Source: an uncultured Planctomycetia bacterium
GTDB lineage: Bacteria; Omnitrophota; Gorgyraeia; 2-02-FULL-51-18
Assembly: GCA_964642015.1 (NCBI GenBank)
Contig: CAZXLF010000001.1
Span: 254,375-318,374 of the forward strand
Reading direction: 5' to 3'
Length of the DNA: 64,000 nucleotides
Shown here: positions 59,134 to 64,000 of the stretch, piece by piece
How the letters are laid out: every line of letters starts with the position of its first letter
How positions within the stretch are numbered: position 1 is the stretch's first letter
Notes under the pieces: model-generated
Told to the model about the DNA's origin: nothing
Databases searched by the model: none
What the model saw: only the letters and a program-made list of their open reading frames with translations
Made by a program: the position numbers and the translations under genes

Positions 59134-59243
59134 TGTCATCCCGAGCGTAGTCGAGGGATCTAAAGAAGTTTTTTGCATGACAAGAAATTCTGTAGATTCC
59201 TCGATTCGCTAAATTGAAAAAATTAGGCTCACTCGGAATGACA
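59134..59243. repeat. REP/MITE-like palindromic element
   Basis: Terminal inverted repeat TGTCATCCCGAG / CTCGGAATGACA (1 mismatch); inner CGAGGGATCTA / TAGATTCCTCG. Confidence 0.7.
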
Positions 59244-59272
59244 ATTTAGTCTGTCATGACGAGCCAATCCCA

Positions 59273-59300
59273 TTGACATTAAAATCTAACTGTGGATAAT
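59273..59300 (+). promoter_or_regulatory. Putative sigma70 promoter of the cox operon
   Basis: TTGACA (59273-59278)-N16-GATAAT (59295-59300). Confidence 0.55.
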
Positions 59301-59352
59301 TGTAAGCTTAAATAAGTACACGAGTTGTTTTCCGTTCATAGAGGACTGATCG

Positions 59353-60108
59353 TTGCAGCCAAAATATTACGGATGGGGGCTTCCCATCGATATTTCAACG
59401 ACCGGAGCGCAGATCGATCAACTGATCAATCTGCTCCATATTTTTATGCTCGTTCTTTTCGTGGGTTGGGGAGCATTTTTCATCTATGTGCTGATCCGCT
59501 TCCGCAAAAGAGACGGTCACAAGGCCGAATATCATATCCAGCATTTCAAAACACCGACCTATCTTGAGGCCGGTGTGGCGGTCACCGAATTCGTGCTTCT
59601 GTTCGTTTTCGCGATCCCTATTTGGCATGCACAGAAGAACGAGATGCCGCCGCGTGACAAATCGCTGGTTTTGCATGTCGTGGCGGAACAATTCGCCTGG
59701 AACATCCACTATCCCGGTAAGGACGGTATCTTTGGCAAAACAGATCCCAAACTTATTTCTTCGACAAATCCGATCGGCGCCGATCCGAATGACCCCAATG
59801 GCAAGGATGATGTCATCACCTTGAATCAACTGCATATTCCGGTCGACACACCGGTCATCGTCGATCTTATGTCAAAGGACGTGATCCACAGCTTTACCTT
59901 GCCGGTGATGCGTGTGAAGCAGGACGTGATCCCCGGTCAGAAGATCCCGATCTGGTTTCAGGCCAAACAGACGGGGAATTTCGAGATCGCTTGTGCTCAG
60001 CTTTGCGGGCTAGGGCATTACCGCATGCGGGGATTTTTTGTCGTGGACTCCAAAGAAGATTTTGCGAAGTGGTTTGCCGAACAGACCGCGGAAAAGGCCA
60101 AACAATGA
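59353..60108 (+). CDS. coxB: Cytochrome c oxidase subunit II
   Basis: Two TMs, EQFAWNIHY, DVIHSF, DVIPG, CuA motif CAQLCGLGHYRM; TTG start after GAGGA. Confidence 0.92.
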   Translation: MQPKYYGWGLPIDISTTGAQIDQLINLLHIFMLVLFVGWGAFFIYVLIRFRKRDGHKAEYHIQHFKTPTYLEAGVAVTEFVLLFVFAIPIWHAQKNEMPPRDKSLVLHVVAEQFAWNIHYPGKDGIFGKTDPKLISSTNPIGADPNDPNGKDDVITLNQLHIPVDTPVIVDLMSKDVIHSFTLPVMRVKQDVIPGQKIPIWFQAKQTGNFEIACAQLCGLGHYRMRGFFVVDSKEDFAKWFAEQTAEKAKQ

Positions 60109-61847
60109 GCGATAAACATCATTCTGATCACTCCAAAGAACTGCCATTCTGGCGTAAATATATATTTTCAACGGATCATAAAGTGATCGGCATTCAATAT
60201 GCGGTCACAGGGCTTTTATTTTTGCTGTTTGGATTCTCCCTGATGATGCTGATGAGATGGCAGCTGGCGTATCCCGGAAAACCGCTGCCGTTCTTGGCGA
60301 ATTGGCTGGCTGAAAGTCCGGTGATGCCGGGAGGCATCATGCTGCCTGAGTTTTACAATCAGCTCGGCGCGATGCACGGTACGATCATGGTTTTCTTGGG
60401 TGTCGTGCCTTTAGCTGTCGGCGGGTTCGGTAATTTTGTGCTGCCGCTTCAGATCGGCGCTCCGGATATGGCATTTCCGAAGCTTAACATGCTGAGCTAC
60501 TGGCTTTATTTTACGGGCGGTGTCATTATGATCACAAGCTTCTTCGTGCCGGGAGGTGCCGCGCAATCAGGATGGACTTCTTATCCGCCACTTTCCAATA
60601 TCGCGTCCGTCGGACAGACTTTCTGGCTGATCGGCATGGCGTTTTTGATCAACTCCTCGCTTTTGGGTTCAGTGAATTTTATCGTAACGACGGTCCAGCT
60701 CCGCGCGGACGGGCTGACGTTTTTCCGTTTGCCGTTCTTTGTGTGGGCGCAGTTCGTCACGTCTTTCCTTTTATTATTAGCGTTCCCACCGCTCATGGCG
60801 GCGGCTGTGCTGCAGCTGATGGATCGCATCGCCGGATCGAGTTTCTTTATGCCATCGGGTCTCGTCGTCAACGGCGCCACGACGCAATGGGTGGGAGGCG
60901 GTAGTCCGGTGCTTTGGCAGCATCTTTTCTGGTTTTTGGCGCATCCGGAGGTTTATGTGCTGATCCTTCCGGCAATGGGCATCGTGGCTGAGGTGATCGC
61001 GTGCAATACGAGAAAGCCGCTTTATGGATATAAGGCGCTCGTATATTCAGTGATATTCTTGGGATTTTTATCTTTCATTGTTTGGGCGCATCATATGTTC
61101 CTGACGGGAATGGGCACGCAGATGAACACATTTTTCCAGATAACTACGATGATCATCTCGATCCCATCGGTGGTCGTGCTGACAACAATGATCCTGAGTT
61201 TATGGGGAGGGTCGATACGCTTTACAGTGCCGATGCTTTTCGCGCTGGCTTTTTTACCCATGTTTGGGATAGGCGGATTAACGGGTTTACCTCTTGGCTT
61301 GGCCGCGGCAGACATACATCTGCATGACACCTATTATGTGATCGGGCACTTTCATTATGTGGTAGCTCCGGGCACGATCTTTGCGTTGTTCGCCGGCGTG
61401 TATCACTGGTTCCCCAAAGCCACGGGCCGGAAAATGTCGGATATACTGGGCAAGATCCATTTTTGGCTGTCATTCGTATTTATCAACGGCGTTTTCATGC
61501 CGATGTTTATCATGGGGTTGGCCGGAGTCTCGCGTCGTCTTTATGACCCGATACAATACGCTCACGCGCAGCCCGTGCAGCCGCTGAATGTCTTTATTTC
61601 CATTTGCGCTTGGTGCCTTGGATTGGCGCAGATCCCTTTCATCATCAACTTTTTCGGCAGCATCTTTTTCGGCAAGAAAGTGGATAATAATCCTTGGGAA
61701 GCGACGACGCTTGAATGGACCGCGCCGTCTCCGCCGCCTCATGGTAATTTTGAAAAAGCACCGGTAGTTTATCGCGATCCTTATGAATACAGTGTGCCGG
61801 GATGCAAGAAGGATTTTCTGCCGCAAACCGCATCGGAGGTAAGATAA
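60105..61847 (+). CDS. coxA: Cytochrome c oxidase subunit I (A-type heme-copper oxidase)
   Basis: STDHKVIG, MHGTIM, DMAFP, GWTSYPPL, FWFLAHPEVY, VWAHHMF, HDTYYVIGHFHY. ATG at 60105. Confidence 0.95.
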   Translation: MSDKHHSDHSKELPFWRKYIFSTDHKVIGIQYAVTGLLFLLFGFSLMMLMRWQLAYPGKPLPFLANWLAESPVMPGGIMLPEFYNQLGAMHGTIMVFLGVVPLAVGGFGNFVLPLQIGAPDMAFPKLNMLSYWLYFTGGVIMITSFFVPGGAAQSGWTSYPPLSNIASVGQTFWLIGMAFLINSSLLGSVNFIVTTVQLRADGLTFFRLPFFVWAQFVTSFLLLLAFPPLMAAAVLQLMDRIAGSSFFMPSGLVVNGATTQWVGGGSPVLWQHLFWFLAHPEVYVLILPAMGIVAEVIACNTRKPLYGYKALVYSVIFLGFLSFIVWAHHMFLTGMGTQMNTFFQITTMIISIPSVVVLTTMILSLWGGSIRFTVPMLFALAFLPMFGIGGLTGLPLGLAAADIHLHDTYYVIGHFHYVVAPGTIFALFAGVYHWFPKATGRKMSDILGKIHFWLSFVFINGVFMPMFIMGLAGVSRRLYDPIQYAHAQPVQPLNVFISICAWCLGLAQIPFIINFFGSIFFGKKVDNNPWEATTLEWTAPSPPPHGNFEKAPVVYRDPYEYSVPGCKKDFLPQTASEVR

Positions 61848-62446
61848 TGTCAGAAGCGATGATCCGATACATATCGAAACCTCATCCGATTACTGGCGTA
61901 ACGAACTCAAAGCTCGGTATCTGGTGTTTTTTGGCTTCTGAAGTAATGCTTTTCGGCGGACTTTTTTCGGCCTACATCATGCTGCGGGTGGGTGCAGATA
62001 CATGGCCGCATGGCTGGGAACTTTTGAATGTGCCTCTGGCAACAATGAACACACTTTTTCTTATTACTTCAAGCGTGACAATGGTGATGTCGTGGGCATC
62101 GCTTGCGCTGAAGGACATCAAAAAATACCGGATGTACATGGCCGCGACGATTTTGCTGGGCATCTGTTTTTTGATCGTCAAAGGTTTTGAGTATCATCAC
62201 AAATTCGAGGATCATCATTTTCCGTCAACGAACAATTTTTACGCGATCTATTTCACGCTGACAGGCCTTCACGGTCTGCACGTCCTGGGGGGCATTTTGA
62301 TCAACACGTATTTTCTTTTTCCAGGCAGCGCGCTTTGGAAAAAGGACCCGGATCAATTCATGGGAAGGGTGGAGGCGGCGGGGCTTTATTGGCACTTTGT
62401 CGACTTGGTCTGGATCTTCCTTTTCCCGGTGCTGTATCTATTATAG
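61847..62446 (+). CDS. coxC: Cytochrome c oxidase subunit III
   Basis: FLASEVMLFGGLF, NTLFLITSS, FTLTGLHGLHV, GLYWHFVDLVWIFLFPVLYL. Confidence 0.92.
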   Translation: MSEAMIRYISKPHPITGVTNSKLGIWCFLASEVMLFGGLFSAYIMLRVGADTWPHGWELLNVPLATMNTLFLITSSVTMVMSWASLALKDIKKYRMYMAATILLGICFLIVKGFEYHHKFEDHHFPSTNNFYAIYFTLTGLHGLHVLGGILINTYFLFPGSALWKKDPDQFMGRVEAAGLYWHFVDLVWIFLFPVLYLL

Positions 62447-62455
62447 GAGAAGCCG

Positions 62456-62746
62456 ATGAGCGATCTTACTCCCGAAGCGGTCAAACATCACGTAAAAATC
62501 TACGTACGTGTGTTCATCGCGCTGGCCGTCATGACCGCGGTGACCGTCGCAGTTTCTTATCTCCATCTGCCTTTGCTGGCCGCTGTGATCGTAGCACTTT
62601 GCATAGCGACTTTTAAATCTTCGCTGGTGGCCGGGTTTTTCATGCATCTGACCTCTGAGAAAAAGATCATTTTTGCAATCCTCATGCTGGCCGCTTTCTT
62701 TTTCTTGGCGCTCCTATTTTTTCCGTTACTTTCGCATCACCACTAA
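62456..62746 (+). CDS. Cytochrome c oxidase subunit IV family protein
   Basis: YVRVFIALAVMT...IATFKSSLVAGFFMHL; three TMs. Confidence 0.85.
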   Translation: MSDLTPEAVKHHVKIYVRVFIALAVMTAVTVAVSYLHLPLLAAVIVALCIATFKSSLVAGFFMHLTSEKKIIFAILMLAAFFFLALLFFPLLSHHH

Positions 62747-62764
62747 TTACGCAGGCGGTGACCC

Positions 62765-62968
62765 ATGTCGCTTAGAGCCATTCATGTGATGGTGATCATA
62801 TTCTCGATAGCACTTCTATTTTTCTTCGGTATTTGGGCTTTCTCCGCATTTCAAGCTCAGGCCGGCAGGCCGTATTTCTATTGGGGCATCGCGTCGGTGT
62901 CGGCGGGAATCCTATTGGTGCCGTATCTGGTTTGGTTTATAATGAAGATGCGGAGGCCAAGTAACTGA
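62765..62968 (+). CDS. Small two-TM membrane protein in the cox operon
   Basis: MSLRAIHV..; two hydrophobic helices; coupled to the next gene (TGATG). Confidence 0.65.
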   Translation: MSLRAIHVMVIIFSIALLFFFGIWAFSAFQAQAGRPYFYWGIASVSAGILLVPYLVWFIMKMRRPSN

Positions 62969-63207
62969 TGAAGTTAAAGCATTTGCTGTTGTTGACAGTT
63001 TGGGCAGCTTTTTTGACTCTATCAAAGAGCGCATTTGCGTGCTCGGTCTGCTTTGGAGACCCGAATTCTAAATCGACCCAAGGGATCTTTGCTGCGGTCT
63101 ATCTTTTGTTGGGGGTCGTGGTCTTTGTGCTGGGCGGCATCGCTTTTACCGCTATGAGCTGGGCGAAGCGGGCCAGAAGCATTGCGGCGCAGAATGGGAG
63201 TTTTTGA
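62968..63207 (+). CDS. Small exported CxxC membrane-anchored protein in the cox operon
   Basis: Signal peptide ending AFA, mature N-terminus CSVCFGDP, C-terminal TM. Confidence 0.65.
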   Translation: MKLKHLLLLTVWAAFLTLSKSAFACSVCFGDPNSKSTQGIFAAVYLLLGVVVFVLGGIAFTAMSWAKRARSIAAQNGSF

Positions 63208-63518
63208 TCATGTTGGCGCAGGTCAGTATTTTTCCGATGGACAAAGGCGAAAGTATCGGTAAATTCGTAGCGGATGCCGTCAGCGAGATCGACAAGAGCG
63301 GTCTGGATTATCGCATCACAGCGATGGGAACTATCATAGAAGGCGAATGGGATGCCGTTATGAAAGTTCTCAAGAAAATACGAGAGAAGCTTCTTAAAAA
63401 TTCCAGAAGGGTTTATATGACCATTTCGATTGATGACCGCCAGGGTGATCGACGTCGCCGCATCGAAACAAAAGTCAGATCTGTCGAGGAGATCCTCGGC
63501 AAGACCTTGAGAAAATGA
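63204..63518 (+). CDS. MTH1187/YkoF thiamine-binding family protein
   Basis: AQVSIFPM, SGLDYRITAMGTIIEGEWD, RVYMTISIDDR, KVRSVEE. Confidence 0.85.
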   Translation: MIMLAQVSIFPMDKGESIGKFVADAVSEIDKSGLDYRITAMGTIIEGEWDAVMKVLKKIREKLLKNSRRVYMTISIDDRQGDRRRRIETKVRSVEEILGKTLRK

Positions 63519-63883
63519 ATGTCGCTGTCGTTGGCGCTTCCGATAATCCAGAAAAATATTCCTACCAAGCCGTGATGCTTTTGAGGGAAAAAGGCCACAC
63601 AGTATTTCCGGTGCACAATTCGATCCGCGAGATAGGGGGAGTAAAAGTTTATCCTTCGGTGAAGGATATCAAGGAACCGCTGGATACGATCTCTCTGTAT
63701 GTGAACCAAGAGATCTCTTCGCGCTTGGCGCAGGAGTTTTTTGATAAAAAACCGCGCAGAATGATATTCAATCCGGGCGCTGAGAATCCGGAACTGGAAT
63801 CGAAGGCGACCGCAAAAGGCATAAAGACTTTGAACGCATGCACGCTGGTGATGCTTCGCACGAACCAGTTCGAGAAAAATTAA
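63515..63883 (+). CDS. CoA-binding protein
   Basis: VAVVGASDNPEKYS, VFPVH, DTISLYV, IFNPGAE, ACTLVML. Confidence 0.88.
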   Translation: MNVAVVGASDNPEKYSYQAVMLLREKGHTVFPVHNSIREIGGVKVYPSVKDIKEPLDTISLYVNQEISSRLAQEFFDKKPRRMIFNPGAENPELESKATAKGIKTLNACTLVMLRTNQFEKN

Positions 63884-63887
63884 ACTT

Positions 63888-64000
63888 ATGAAAATTTTTG
63901 AAGATATCAGAGCCAGAAAGGCGAAGATCGCCGTTGTGGGACTGGGATATGTTGGTTTACCGCTGGCGGTGGAGTTCGGAAAATCTTTTAAGACCATAGG
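63888..64000 (+). CDS. Nucleotide-sugar dehydrogenase (UDP-glucose/GDP-mannose dehydrogenase family), 5' part only
   Basis: MKIFEDIRARKAKIAVVGLGYVGLPLAVEFGKSFKTI, running off the window end. Confidence 0.8.
   Translation, partial: MKIFEDIRARKAKIAVVGLGYVGLPLAVEFGKSFKTI

Noticed and set aside
18239-61846. Extended N-termini in the ORF track (18239, 21242, 25395, 39737, 40366, 59991, 61802)
   Set aside because: They overlap upstream genes extensively; downstream starts with stop/start coupling or an RBS are more plausible.
63413-63997. 194-aa minus-strand ORF
   Set aside because: It overlaps three well-supported plus-strand genes.

Overview
Bacterial chromosomal window, nearly all on the + strand, dominated (about 1-59 kb) by one very large cell-surface glycan region. 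Block 1 (1-33.4 kb) starts with the C-terminal end of a Wzt-type ABC ATPase. It then carries many GT2/GT4/WecG glycosyltransferases, a fused DegT-aminotransferase/Gfo-oxidoreductase, GalE, two paralogous Wzx flippases, a Wzy/O-antigen-ligase protein, pyruvyl- and acyltransferases, a priming sugar transferase, a short Wza and a Wzc with a degenerate kinase domain. A minus-strand island (33.5-38.7 kb) encodes three secreted proteins, one with an exact 330-bp tandem duplication. Block 2 (39.3-54.1 kb) is a sulfated-polysaccharide module: CysC, CysQ, a flippase fused to a PAPS-dependent sulfotransferase, a second Wzy, methyltransferases and AsnB. It is followed by exosortase, EpsI, a papain-family protease, a PEP-CTERM protein and wecB. 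The window ends with an A-type cytochrome c oxidase operon, small accessory genes and the start of a nucleotide-sugar dehydrogenase. No rRNA, tRNA, CRISPR array or transposase was seen; several REP/MITE-like hairpins lie in intergenic spaces. The strongest novelty candidates are the flippase-sulfotransferase fusion module, three uncharacterised alpha/alpha-toroid proteins, a PP-loop/Cys-rich enzyme and a Fe/2OG dioxygenase inside the glycan operons, the Wzc pseudokinase, and the repeat-expanding secreted protein. All calls come from motif reading by eye; no database search was run.
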